Of a DNA stretch of 64,000 nucleotides, positions 26,146 through 38,873 are shown piece by piece. The position numbers and the translations under genes are program-made. The number at the start of each line of letters is the position of its first letter. Position 1 is the first letter of the stretch. The notes beneath the pieces are model-generated. The model did not search any database, had not been told where the DNA came from, and saw nothing but the letters and a program-made list of their open reading frames with translations. Source of the DNA: Azolla caroliniana (Eukaryota; Plantae; Polypodiophyta); NCBI GenBank assembly GCA_043228905.1, contig JBHGNT010000001.1, positions 18,476,001 to 18,540,000 of the forward strand. The letters run 5' to 3'.

Positions 26146-26919
26146 TGACTTTAGATTGTGAGAGATTAAGATTGAACTCTTGATTTTAGATTTTAAGAAA
26201 CAAGTTACACGATCAATTCGATAACGAATTCTCTTCTTCTTAATTTCATAACAAAAAAAAACCTTAACCTTTCTTCATTTTCATCCCTTCTTTTATAGAT
26301 GCTCTCATGCATATGATGCATGTGAGGGTACAAGACATGCATAAATGCATGTTTGCCATTTGGCGCTCATGTATTACATGTGGTGCATGATAACCATGTC
26401 ACTCATTTTAGCTCTCATGTATGAGAATTTCCATGTAAAACTACAATGATAAAAATATAAATTTAACTAAATGTCATGGCTTAGTGGTAAGCGTATTGAC
26501 TCTTAACTAGGAGGTGCAAGGTTCAAATCGTCACTTGCCCTCCTTGTGTATATATATGTGATATATATTTATTTATTAATTTGCCCTCCACTATTAGTTC
26601 AAGTTACCTTGAACTCTCTATGCTTAACACATAGACACAAAGATAATAGCTTTTGCTCTACCTTATATATGATGAGAGCCGTATTTGTCGTGCCTATGTG
26701 GGATATCTCACAATTTTCTCTTTTCCTTTCATAAACTTTATACCCTCATATCTTGACATCTAGTTGTCCGTTTCTCGTGTAATAAAGTGCATTCGAAGGC
26801 TTTTGAAGACCTCCATCATTTTGTACTTAGATACTTCAGTATTTTTGTTTTATGTGATTCATATTCGATTTTGTACATTTTATGTGATTTTCACACCATT
26901 GCCGAAAATCTTCATGATA
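26146..26919 (-). repeat. Gypsy H 5' LTR (U5/PBS side deleted), related to the element E LTR
   Basis: Reverse complement matches E LTR blocks (CATGAGCGCCAAATGGCAAACATGCA, GTCTTGTACCCTCACATGC); terminus CCGAAAATCTTCATGATA is a decayed ...CTTCACGACA. Confidence 0.85.
26472..26540 (+). other. tRNA-derived cassette inside the H LTR (not a functional tRNA)
   Basis: A-box-like TGGCTTAGTGG, loop CTCTTAA, B-box-like GGTTCAAATC at tRNA spacing; stems degenerate. Confidence 0.65.
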
Positions 26920-29186
26920 ATGCACCAGTCCAAAATGACGGTGTTCGGGTTAACATTGGATGGGAGAGCGGAGTTTTGGCATTCGCAAATGGTTCTGCCA
27001 GCAATCACGACCTTCGACTAGTTGCAGTCTGCCTTTTTGTGGTTCTTTCATTGGAGGGTGCCGCAACGTGAAATCCTCGAGTAGTTCTACACAATTAAGT
27101 AGTTGCCGACCGAGACGATCGCGGATTTCGGCCTATGTTTCCAAAATCTACGGTGGAAATTAGAACGAGGCCCGGCGGAGGACGAGGCTAGGGAGACATT
27201 TCTAGCAACATTACGCCGACCCATACAGACAACACTCAATAACAATAGCGTGAAAGGGGAAACGGTCGATATGGTCATAGAAAGAGCGCTACAGCTTGAG
27301 CTAGACGAAGAAGAGGAAAGGTTTTCCATGTCCTCATTACGACAAGTGTTACCTCAGGACGAGGAACGACAATTTCGTCAAGCGATCCACTACACAATTT
27401 GCTTGAATTCGGGGCATTCCGCAGTAGAGTGCAACATGCGAATACATTGTCCAATCTGTCACTCGAAAGCTCACACAGTTGAGCAATGCGACTACAATAT
27501 GTTGAACAGAGCCACGCCCACACTAAGCAGCATGGACACACAGCGTCCCCCATGCCGTAATGAACGAAGGAGGCAGGAAGACCGACCACGGTATATGGAT
27601 CGCAATGCACGTGATGACCAACAATACCAGAATCGTCGGAATCATAACGATTCCGAGGAAGACGAGCAAGAGGATGAAGACTACTGTGGCCACCCCAGAT
27701 ATACTAAAGGGGGTCGGTGCTATGAGAATTACCGGCCAACAAACAAACGTGGCAGCTTCAATGGACCTCGTGGAAAGTATCGGCAATATCGGGACCACCG
27801 GCGATATGACGAAAGCTCAGACGATGACCGGCACCAGGAACCACGTTGGGACCAACAACAACCACCACGTACGCTCCGACAAACGAAGCAGGACCGAGAG
27901 GAGCAACTCGCACCGGGGGATCGACACACACCACCAGGGGCTGAGAAGGGCGAATCTAGCATCCATTGTTTTATTTGTCAACATCCTGGACATTATGCCA
28001 CACAATGTCCAGTACGCAAGGGCAAGGGGCCCACCGTCAATACGATTACGGCGGAAGTGCAGCAAGTCACAACTCATCAGCAAACAAAAACAGTTGATTG
28101 GGCCGCACAAGATGAGATATGGCGAACAGCCCAAGCATGGGTTGAAAAAGCAAACCAGACAAATATGGAGCGCATGCGGAAGGAATCCGTGAAAATGGTG
28201 GAGCTATTGGAGGACGAAGGACCATCCCCGGACCCCATTTGGCAAGCACTGACAAGCTGCGAGATAATGTTAACCATGGAGAAGTTGTTGCAACTAGTCC
28301 CACGATTCCGCCAGGTCGTGGAAGAGCGGGTGACGAGCAGACCTGGGGTAAGCGTCGCCACGAATTTCACGAACATTAGTGACAGACCGTCAGTAGTGGA
28401 TCACCACAACCCGACTATTAAGTTCATATTACACGGTCAGGAAATCCCAGGATGCGTAATCGATGGCGGCTTGGGCGTTAATGTAATTAGCGCGAAGACA
28501 TGCGAACAATTAGGAATTTCAGAATGGGAGGCTTGCCCGTTCTGGCTCCGCATGGCAGATACCCGCTCAGTACGACCATTGGGGTTGATACGCAAGGTAG
28601 GCATTATCGTGGGCGGACATTGCTTCGACATCTCGGCGGTAGTCCTCGCCCTGGACGCCCCAGGGGCGTACCCTATGTTGTTGGCCAGAACGTGGCTTCG
28701 TTCTACGAATATCAAGCAGAGCTAGCAACACAAGTGTATTAGTTTTCGACGCGGACGCACCAAGGTCCGCGTACCAAAGGAGGAAAGAGCGACACAATCC
28801 AAGGGCATAACACCATTATACGCGGAAGATATAAATATGTTGGTTGGGGTGGATCATACAGAATTAGAGGCATACCTAGACGAGCACCCTCAGATTATTC
28901 CATTGTTCGAAATCGACGTCATCGAAACCGCGGCAGAATATGCCGCGGCCACTACACTCCACGACGAGGCTTACGAACCAAACCCGGAGTCAATATTAGA
29001 ACTAAGCAGAGCACAGGCAGCATTCGAGAGGGAAATGGAAATTTCACGACGAGTCACCGCCTCAACCCTAGAAGAAGTAAACATGGGTACGACATCAAAA
29101 CCCCATTTCCTCTCCATTGCAAAAGAATGAAGGCCGGACCAGAGAGACGCGATGATCATACTACTCAAGAAGTATAGAGATGTGTT
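26920..29186 (+). pseudogene. Element C gag-protease-start of RT
   Basis: FGLTLDGRA, CPICHSKAHTVEQC, CFICQHPGHYATQC, VIDGGLGVNVIS; colinear with D. Confidence 0.9.
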
Positions 29187-29562
29187 TGTTGGCCGGTCAG
29201 AAGAAGGCAAATGGGAAAGCAAAGATGAACCGGAGTCGAAGCGGATAAATAGATAAATAGAATTATTAGGAGGGACGGATCCGGTAGTTATAACCGATCC
29301 GGATCCGAACCGATTCGGTTTCGGTTAACGGTTGCCTAAGAGCACCGATTGTAATCTGGCCGGATGCCTATAAAAGGATCCGATGTTTTGTAATGAAGGG
29401 ACGAAGAATTAATATAGTTTTGCTTATGCTTATTGATCTTGTCTTCGTCTGTGCTTAAGTGTAAGTATCATACGCGTGTATTAACATCCTATCCCTACCA
29501 CCCCTTTGGAGAAGTGTCGGATAGACACCTGTGTTGCGGCTAGTCCAGCCATACATACAACA
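29187..29562 (+). repeat. Element D 5' LTR
   Basis: TGTTGG...ACAACA; TATAAAA at about 29368. Confidence 0.95.
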
Positions 29563-29568
29563 CTATTT

Positions 29569-29579
29569 TGGCGACCACG
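29569..29579 (+). promoter_or_regulatory. PBS, probably tRNA-Arg (UCG/CCG type)
   Basis: TGGCGACCACG, 6 nt after the LTR; same motif in F at 49182; complementary to a recalled tRNA-Arg end ...GTGGTCGCCA. Confidence 0.7.
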
Positions 29580-29614
29580 ATTCCTGCAGAGTGCAGAGGA
29601 CAACCGGGGGATGG

Positions 29615-32600
29615 ATGTCTACACAAAATAACGACCACATCACCGAAAGAGGGAGACGCCACGCCGAACGGCAGTGACGACGGGAAGCCCTGCAGCAAGC
29701 CGTCGACGAGATCCGGCGCGATCGGTCATTCTCCAAAACGCTTCGGCAAATCGCAGAAGAAGCACTGCAGTTCCAGGTTCTACAAGCTTCCGACGAAGGC
29801 AGTAGCATAACCAGCCTCCAAGAAGCGGAGACACTACTACAGACTCTCGCCGGCGGCGACGGGGACGCAACGGCATTTGCAACATTAGAGGCGGATTCGG
29901 ATAGCGGGGAAAGCGTGGGATCCCGTTATAAAAGCAGCCACGAGAACAACCCCTTTGAGTCGGATTACTCAGCAACATCGGAGCCAGAGGAGGAAATAAC
30001 TCTGGAGTTCGGTGACCGGCAATCGCCGAGGAGGGAGGAGCGGTTATCAACACCACCCGCGGAGGAACCGCAGGAGCGGTTATCAACACCACCCGCGGAG
30101 GAACCGCAGGAGCGGTTATCAACACCACCCGCGGAGGAACCGCAGGAGCGGATACCAACACCACCCGCAGAGGAACCGCAGGAGCGGATACCGACTTCGG
30201 AGGAACCAGCGCAGGAGAATCAGTGGGACGACACGATGCCGTATCCGTACCCAAAGTATCGGGATGAGCCCGACGGAGAGGCACATGTGTATGCATTCCT
30301 GCGAACATGGGAAGCCAACCACGTGTCCTAGAGACTGACGGAGCCCGAGGCCGACCGATCCAAAGTCGCCGAATTCGGCATGACATTAGAAGGACCGGCG
30401 GCCCGGTGGCACGCAAAGCACTTACCAGGCAGCTTCGCCACGTTCGAGGCATTGAAAACCCAGTTTTTACGCCTGTTTCATAGACGAGTGGAACAAAGGG
30501 AATTGGTCGGACAATTCTACACCACCCGGCAGGGAGAAAACGAGACGGTCCCACAATTTATCATTCGTTTCCAGACCTTGCACAGTCAATTAGCAAGAGC
30601 ACCACCCGAAGAGGAGGCCAAAGCAGTCTTTTTGGCTGCGTTGAAAGAGCCACTTCGAGCGATGTGTGGAATCCTCGATTTCAGCACCAACACAATGGAC
30701 CAAGTCATTGATCGGGTCCTGGAAATGGACAAGACGAGCCCATTCTTGCCGATGGGGGCGTTACACCAGGCGCTTCCGAAGGAGGAGGACCTCCGGTTCC
30801 GACAAGCCCTACAATGCACAACATGCCTAAATTCGGGGCACTCGACCGTCGACTGCACCCTGCGTGCACAGTGCATGATATGCAATTCTCGCGCCCACAC
30901 AACGAACCGATGCGAGTATAACCTGTTAACTCGACAAGCGGCACCGGTTCGACACATAGAACCGCGCAATCGGGACCCGGAAGAGGATCGATTCCGGAGG
31001 GACGACCGCTACCGAAGAGAACGCGGCGACAGATACCCCGATAGAAGACGCGACAGCTATGACCGAGAGGAGAACCGCAGGGATAGCTACCCCCGGGACC
31101 GGTACGACCGAGACGAATCCCCGGAATACGAGCGACGCAGAGAAGAAAGGCGGCCAGGGAACCGGAATTTCCGACGGAACCAAAGGCGTGGATTCTTCCG
31201 TAGAGAGGAGCGTCGGGAGGCAGCAAGGAATGACAAACCAGTAGCGGCACCGGAGAACCGACAAACCGAGGACAACCGCCGGGGAATGCCCCTTCCCCAA
31301 ACAGGGGAAAAAGGAGAATCCAGCAACACGCACAGGGTGTACTGTTATTACTGCCGAAAAGAGGGGCATTACAGTAATCAATGCCCAAGCAAAACAACCG
31401 ACAAGCAGCCGGCAGTCAACATGGTGACAGCCGAAGTACAGCAGGTTACCACGCGGTCGAAGGGGAAGGCCGCCGAATGGGAAGCCCAGGAAGCAATCAG
31501 AAAACAAGTAGCACAATGGATCAAAGAAGCCAACGAACAAGGTGCGGCGGAAGTAAGAGACCAAAATATGCCAAAGGATGAGGAAATCGTACAGCCAGGA
31601 GAAAACCCGACATGGCAAGCATTACAAGATTGTCAGATCGTGCTGCCGTTGGCACGGTTACTGCAGTTGGTGCCGCGGTTTACAGCAGACTTACAAGCCG
31701 CCGTGAGCAAACCGACGCCGACGCCAGCACCGGCATTTTTCTCCAACCCGGAGGAAGGCCCAGCGGTGGTCGATACCAGTAGCCCAGCAATCACGACAAT
31801 CGTCAAAGGAAAGGAGATTCCAGGAACAATTATTGACGGAGGCTCCGGGGTGAACGTCATCAGTCGACAGACATGCGACGACCTAGGCATCCAGGAGTGG
31901 GAACCATGCCCCTTCTGGTTACGCATGGCGGATACAAGCTCAGTCCGACCAACCGGTCTTATCCGGGACTTGGAAGTAACGATAGGAGGCCACGTATTCC
32001 GGATATCGGCCGTGGTACTAGAGCTGAATGTACAAGGCGCATATCCCCTACTGTTAGGATGACCATGGCTGCGAACGGCGCATATCAAGCAAAACTGGCA
32101 AAAGAATATGATCACGTTCCGACGAGGGAAAACAAAGGTACGGGTAGCCACGCAACCACGGGTGCTCACTAGCAAGGAGGCAACCCCTTTATATGCCGAA
32201 AGCATCAACATGTTGGAGGCCTTACCGGATGAGGAAGTTGATCGGTACCTCGAGGAACACCCACAGATCGTCCCACTTTTTGAGGTGGATATCACGGCAG
32301 TAGTAGAGCCGTACATCACAATGCCGGACGAGCCTTACAAAGCGGCGATCCGGGAACTACGCCAAGCACAGGAAGCCCTAGAAAGAGAAATGACGATATC
32401 CCAAAGGGTGAAAGCATCCCAGCTGGAAGAGGTGGACCTCGGCACAACCGAACAACCCCGACCGGTAAAAGTCGCGAAGGAATTGCCGAAGGAGGAAAAA
32501 CAGGCAATGGTAGCACTGTTAACGGATTTCAAGGACGTGTTCGCATGGTCATACGAAGACATGCGAGGGCTGGACCCCCAGCTCTACCAGCACCAAATTC

Positions 32601-35359
32601 ATCTAAGTACTGACGCGAAACCCATCGCTCAACGCCGGTACCGGATGAATCCAAACTATGCGGCAAAGGTGAAGGAGGAAATTGACAAGCTTCTCCGGGT
32701 CGGATTTATCCGACCAGTCAAGCAGGCAACCTGGCTGAGCCCGATAGTGGTGGTCCCGAAAAAGAACGGCAAAATCCGGGTATGTGTGGACTACAGGAAA
32801 CTAAATGCCGCGACAGTGACCGACGCTTTTCCACTACCATTCACGGATGGAGTGCTAGATGCGGTGGCCGGCCACGAAGTTTACAGCTTCCTGGATGGAT
32901 TCAGCGGCTACAACCAAATCCGAATGAACCCGGCCGACCAAGAGAAAACAGCGTTCGTGACGGAATGGGGAGTGTTCGTCGCGGTCGTGATGATGTTCGG
33001 ATTAAAGACAGCCCCTGCAACATTTCAAAGGATAATTATGGAAATCTTCGGGGATTTTATTCCCGGTTTTATGCAGGTCTTCCTAGACGATTTCGCCGTC
33101 TACAACCGACACGGAGAGCATCTCGATCACCTACGACTATGCTTAGAAAAGTGCCGCGAGTACCGATTAAGTCTGAACCCGGCTAAGTGCGTCTTTGGAG
33201 TCGCAAGCGGCAACTTGTTAGGGCACGTGGTGAGTCGGGAAGGAATCGCGGTAGATCCGGATAAAGTAAAAGCAATTCTCGACGCACCGGCACCGAATAA
33301 CGCAAAGGCTTTAAGCCGATTCCTTGGTCAAATAAGGTGGCATAGTCGGATGATACGGCACCTTGCCGACTTTGCTACACCATTGCACGCTGCTGTACAT
33401 AGAGTACCTTTCCAATGGACAGAAACGGAGGAGAAAGCCTACCAAGCGTTGAAGGTCATGCTGTCACAAGCTCCGGTGGTGCAGCCGCCGGACTGGAGTA
33501 AAAGCTTTCACGTCTTCGTCGACGCGTCGGACGTAGCAATCGGCAGCGTTTTGATGCAACTCACGGAACCGAAATGGTATCGGCCGGTGTACTACGCAAG
33601 CAGGAAACTCTCGAAAGCCGAACGGAACTACTCTACAACGGAACGAGAGGCATTAGGAATGGTGTACAGTGTCACAAAGTATAGGCACTATCAGCTCGGA
33701 CGAAAGTTCTCCTTCCACGTTGACCACTCGGCACTACTCTACCTAGTCTCAAAGGCAGCCCTGACAGGAAAACTCGCACGATGGACGTTGCTATTACAGG
33801 AATTCGAATTCGACATTTTCCACCGACCCGGGGTGCAGCATGCGGTAGCAAACTACCTGAGCAGACTAGAATCCGGAGAATCAGGGGACGGCGTACAGGA
33901 CGAATTTCCCGACGCCGAGCTGTTTAGGGTCACGACGGCACCGGCAACGGAGGCCACAGTAGCGGACGAAGACAAATGGTTAACCGAAATGCATCAGTTC
34001 CTGAGCACCGGAGTTCCCCCGGAAAACCTGGACCGAGACGAACGGAAAAGGATGGCAGTACGGAGCAGACATTTTTGCTTGGTAGGAGACACCCTCTATC
34101 ACAAGGGAGCAGATGGCGTATGGAGGCGAGCAGTGCGGAGCGATGAAAAGGATCTGATCCTGAGGGAAGCCCACTGTGGAATTGCAGGCGGGCATTATGC
34201 CGGCGAAACAACAGCCCGGAAGATATGGCAGAGCGAACTATGGTGGCCGACTACCATGAGAGATGTCGTTAAGTATAGCAGGGAATGCGACCTGTGTCAA
34301 CGACTGGGCCAACCCACGGAGCAGGCCCGGATGCCACATCACCCGGTCTTGCCATTAGAACCATTCCAAAAGTGGGGCTTGGACTTTGTCGGTCCCTTCA
34401 AGCCACCGGCAATGCGGACCGGAAATCGGTATATAATAGTGGCTACCGACTACTGCACGAAATGGGTAGAAGCAAAGGCATTACGGGACAACACGGCGGC
34501 GTCCACGGCCAAATTTTTATACGAATGCATATGGTGTCGGTACGGATGCCCGATTGAGCTGATCAGTGACCAGGGAGGACATTTCCTCGGGTAGGTGGTG
34601 GAAAGTTTGACATCATTCTATGCGGTAGTACACAAACGAAGCACTCCCTACAACCCTCAAGCCAACGGATTAGCGGAATCAACGAACAAAACGCTACAGA
34701 ACATCCTTAGAAAAATCGTCAATGAGAACCGGACCGACTGGGACACGAAGTTGCAGAGCGTGCTGTGGGCGTACCGAACGGCGTACAAGACTAGCATCCG
34801 GACGACCCCGTTCCGACTGGCATTCGGCTTGGAAGCAGTCATGCCAGTAGAATTCCAAATTCCTAGCTTAAGAATACAGGTTAAGGAGCGGTTAAGCGAG
34901 AAGGAATCCGAACGAATCCGGCTGGCGATGCTGTTGGAACTGGAAGAAAATCGAATAGCCAGCCTGCTACAGCTAGAACTAGAGCAAAGGAGGAGGAAAG
35001 CCTTCGTAGACCGACACCGGCGGGGTAACGAAAAGGAATTCGAAGTCGGGAAACCAGTATTGCTGTTCCAGACACGGATGGGGAACATGCTGGGGAAATT
35101 GCGATTTCGATGGACCGGACCATTCTGGATCACAAAGGAGTACAATGGGTCTTACCAGCTCGGGACGTTGGCAGGAGAAGTTGTGGGCAAATGCGCGAAT
35201 GGGTTTCGCCTAAAACCGTATAAGGGGCACATGCCAGCTAACCCCTTCAAGCAAGACCCGGACATCCTGAATGGCGAGGAGCCGACACCGAGGCGGAACA
35301 ACGAGGAACCGACAACAGTACGCACCGACCCGAACACATCGGGGGGAACCGAACAATGA
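29615..35359 (+). pseudogene. Element D single-frame gag-pol (gag, PR, RT, RH, INT) with 4 premature stops
   Basis: ORFs 29915, 30380, 32108 and 34595 are in frame with ATG 29615; CYYCRKEGHYSNQC, IIDGGSG, FLDGFSGYNQI, FLDD, VDASD, HHCC, ISDQG, WTGPF; no chromodomain. Confidence 0.95.
30036..30215 (+). repeat. 36-bp coding tandem repeat (ERLSTPPAEEPQ) x ~5 in the D gag N-terminus
   Basis: Direct reading. Confidence 0.92.
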
Positions 35360-35959
35360 TGCGGCACATGGGTGAAAAAAATAAAAAATAAAAAAAAATC
35401 AAGTCAAGTAATAAAAGCAAATTATAATTAAGAAAAGCAATAAAAGAGAGGATCAAGAAAATCAAGGTAATGATGAAGGAAGTAGTTACAACCGTCACAC
35501 GGGTGCACGAGCTATTTAAAGCACAGAACGTGGGGGGCCGATGTACAAGATTTAACACGCGCGGCAATCAAGGAGTCATAATGACAGACACGTAGGAGAT
35601 TCGACACACGCGGCAAAGAAGCGCAAGCATGACACGCGGCAGCAAAGGACAGACATGCTATTCATGACAGAGCATGCGCAGGCGCCAAAAATAGGACATG
35701 CTATTCGAGGCAGAGGACGTGCAGGCGCCAAAAATTAAAGAGTGACATGCTAATTATGGCAGAAGATACGCACGCGCGAAAAACAGGAAAAGGCGGCTCG
35801 AGGGAAACGCCACTATATAAAGGAAAAACCGGAGAAGGGTTCACTTTTTACGAATTTTCCCACAAGCAAACGCAGGCTCAAGACAGCGAGATCCGACGTG
35901 CAGAACAACACCCACACCCCGACCTCAGACCACAAGCAGCAGCAGAGGAAGAAGAAGCG

Positions 35960-38866
35960 ATGGCACTGTCGGAAGGAGCGCGACAATGGCTGATGGAGAA
36001 CGGATTAGGAGGGCTGCTGCGGGTCGCCGACGCTCCGCCACACAAGGAACCAGAGCAGGCGGCAACAGCAGTGGACCTGGCAGAAGTCACCGAAGGAGCG
36101 GTACAAACGCTCACCGGGATTGCGGAGGGCGGACTTCAGACAATAGAGCTACCCTCGAGCCAAATATTCTTCGAGTATTTCGGCGAATATTCCCTCAGCA
36201 GCAAGGCGTATCGCACACAGGGCGGAGAGAACCTGCTGTTCGGAGAGGTGGCCCGCGCCCTAATGGAGTATGGGTTCGTGAACCCTCGTCCGCCAGCCAT
36301 AGCCAAATACCGAGCAGCGATCGTCATCGCGACATTCGAAGGCCTGCAGGTGGACTGGCTCCACTTCATTACCGAAGGACTGAAAGAGGCGATCAAGCAC
36401 TTGGTGGAAGGGAAGAAGCCATGGGCCGGAATATCCCAATGGTTAACCGTGTTGGTCCCACCGGCGTCCCCCATCAAGCACAAGAAAAGAAGTCGGCAGG
36501 AGACTACGCCGAAGCAAACCATGAAGCGCCAACGAATCCTAGAGAAACACACTCCAGGATGGACACAGGAAGAAGGATCATCCCGACAACCACGGGAAGA
36601 AGGATCATCCCGACAGTCGCGGGAAGAAGGATCATCTCGACAACCGCGGGAAGAAGACTCCTCCCGACAGCAACGGGAGGAAGGCCCATCACGGCAGCCA
36701 AAGAAACAGCAACAGAAACCGGCCACGAAGAAGAAACAGGCGGAAAAAGGCAAGGAGAAGCTGGCGAAGAAGACCAGCAAGAGGCAAACCGACACCGAAC
36801 CAGTAACGCTCGAATCGGAACCGGTACCAGTAAAGGAACCGATAGTCGCACCGACGGAGGACACTGAAACAGAGGAAGACTCATCCGAACCGATGTTAAT
36901 ACTACCACCCAGGCAAGGAAAGGAGAAACGGGCGACAAGACCGACCCCAACAGCGGACGGAACTCAGCAACGGGCGAAAGAACCAGTAACCGGAACAGAA
37001 GCGACACAGGATGAAGGTCCGTCTGCACCAAAGACGGCAGTACCGGAACTGACGGCGGCGGAGTTCGAAGAACAAAGAAAGGAACAAGCGCCGGAGCAAG
37101 AGAAGAGGCCGGAGAAACAGCCGGAGCTAGGTACGCCTGCTCACACCGACGAAGGCAGAACAAAGGCACAATGGCTAAGGTGGTTGTCAGGGCAGTTGTC
37201 GGGAGTGGCAGACCAGATGGAGAAAGAGGAGGAGCAAAGGGAACAAGTGACTAGGACGACGACTAAGGATATGGTCATGCTCCGGGCACAATTACATGAG
37301 CTGCAAGAAGACCTAGCACAGGCAAAAGAAGGCAGCCGACAAGCACAAGATGGCACCGAGCCGGTCGGGACATCAGAAAAGCAAGCCGAACCAGAAACGG
37401 AGAAGGCCTTGCAAACCGGCCCTGAGACCGAGAAGTTAATAGCAACTTTGAAAGAAGAATTACAGGCTCAGGAGGCATTGAGAGATAACGAAAGGGAGCA
37501 GCGGAAGTTGGTAGAAGACGACAGACGGCGAATGGAGGAAGGCCTTCGCCGAAGCAAAGCCACCAATGACAGACTACAAGAAGAAAACGGGAAGCTGCAA
37601 AAGGAAAAAGATAGGCTGCGCCGACGAATGGAGCAGGAAATCGAGCGGTTGCGAGAGGAACTCCGACAACAAAAGGACCGGGATGATCGGCTGCGAGATC
37701 AGGCGAACCGACGCCTAAAACAGAAGACGGAGGAATTCGACCGACTATGTAAGGATTATAAACAGGCCACGTCGGACATCAAGAATCAGGCAGCAACGTA
37801 CGACCGACAGATAGAGAAGCTGAAAGAGCAGCTCAAGGAAAACCGCTTGGAATTGTCCAAAGCAAGGGAGGAAGTATCGGCGGAGAAGACCTTGACGTCG
37901 GAACAAAGAAAGGAGATGGAAGTACTTCGGCAGAAAGTAGGGGAGCTGACAAAGAGCAGGAACGAGGAAAAAGTGAAGTCGACTTTCGAAATCAACAAAT
38001 GGCGGAGTACCTGTGACAAGCAAAAAGTCGACTCTGAAGCTCAAGCTCAGTTAATGGCCGACATCATCAAACGGATAAGGAAGGAAAAACAAGCAGCTTC
38101 GGAACAGGCTAAAGCAGGGGTTGGCCGAATTAAGTTCATCATGTCAAGTTGGAGTACCCGGGCTCAGGCCAGCATAAATGAAAGCATGGAGAAGCTCTGG
38201 AGGGAATGGGCACAACAGGCAGCTGAACTGCAGACACTCCGAGCTGATGCAGAAAATCGGAAGAAAACCGGAGATGGGTTCTATAAAATGGACGAAGAAA
38301 GTATCATCAACATCCGGGAAGAACTGTCGGAGGATTTCTATGCTCTAGCAGAAGAGCATCTCAAGGAAATCCGAGGGTTAGTAGAGAGGTTGGATGACGG
38401 GCAGCTCGAAACCCAAATAGAATTGGAAGGGTACGAGAAGGACCGACTGCGACAGGAAGCCGAGGGACACACAACGCCGATCTCCATCAGTGAGGGCGAG
38501 CGACCGGCTGAAGAGGACCCAACCGACAACGCACCCCGACAGGAATTACCCGAGGAAGAACTTCCGGAGCAAGAACAGGTTGATGCCGGGGATGATGCAG
38601 AGTGGAGACAGGAAAGTACCGAATCCGGGGAGGAAAGGACACAACCAGTGGAAACCGGAGAGAGCGATACCGGGAACGGAACGGAGGTAGAGCAGGACAG
38701 ACCCGGACAGGATACAGAAGAAACACCGGTACCACCGGTACAAGCAGAGTCGGAGCAGCAAGATGCGAAAAGGCAGCCAATACAATCGGAAGTCGGAGAC
38801 GGCACAGGCAAGACAACACTTGAAACCTCTGAGCGGAGTTTGCTGGATATTTTGGAGGAAGACTGA
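35960..38866 (+). CDS. Extra 3' ORF of element D, ~968 aa: N-terminal globular domain, basic/low-complexity linker, long coiled coil, acidic tail; function unknown
   Basis: Uninterrupted frame 35747-38866; TATATAA at 35814; ATG 35960 aligns with the start of the homolog in C (43844). Confidence 0.88.
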   Translation: MALSEGARQWLMENGLGGLLRVADAPPHKEPEQAATAVDLAEVTEGAVQTLTGIAEGGLQTIELPSSQIFFEYFGEYSLSSKAYRTQGGENLLFGEVARALMEYGFVNPRPPAIAKYRAAIVIATFEGLQVDWLHFITEGLKEAIKHLVEGKKPWAGISQWLTVLVPPASPIKHKKRSRQETTPKQTMKRQRILEKHTPGWTQEEGSSRQPREEGSSRQSREEGSSRQPREEDSSRQQREEGPSRQPKKQQQKPATKKKQAEKGKEKLAKKTSKRQTDTEPVTLESEPVPVKEPIVAPTEDTETEEDSSEPMLILPPRQGKEKRATRPTPTADGTQQRAKEPVTGTEATQDEGPSAPKTAVPELTAAEFEEQRKEQAPEQEKRPEKQPELGTPAHTDEGRTKAQWLRWLSGQLSGVADQMEKEEEQREQVTRTTTKDMVMLRAQLHELQEDLAQAKEGSRQAQDGTEPVGTSEKQAEPETEKALQTGPETEKLIATLKEELQAQEALRDNEREQRKLVEDDRRRMEEGLRRSKATNDRLQEENGKLQKEKDRLRRRMEQEIERLREELRQQKDRDDRLRDQANRRLKQKTEEFDRLCKDYKQATSDIKNQAATYDRQIEKLKEQLKENRLELSKAREEVSAEKTLTSEQRKEMEVLRQKVGELTKSRNEEKVKSTFEINKWRSTCDKQKVDSEAQAQLMADIIKRIRKEKQAASEQAKAGVGRIKFIMSSWSTRAQASINESMEKLWREWAQQAAELQTLRADAENRKKTGDGFYKMDEESIINIREELSEDFYALAEEHLKEIRGLVERLDDGQLETQIELEGYEKDRLRQEAEGHTTPISISEGERPAEEDPTDNAPRQELPEEELPEQEQVDAGDDAEWRQESTESGEERTQPVETGESDTGNGTEVEQDRPGQDTEETPVPPVQAESEQQDAKRQPIQSEVGDGTGKTTLETSERSLLDILEED

Positions 38867-38873
38867 AGCCGGC

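Noticed and set aside
26472-26540. Functional tRNA gene
   Set aside because: Acceptor, anticodon and T stems do not pair properly; kept only as a tRNA-derived cassette.
35747-38866. env gene or captured host myosin/SMC gene
   Set aside because: No transmembrane or signal segment, no ATPase motif and no introns; a positional homolog exists in element C, so it is an element accessory ORF.
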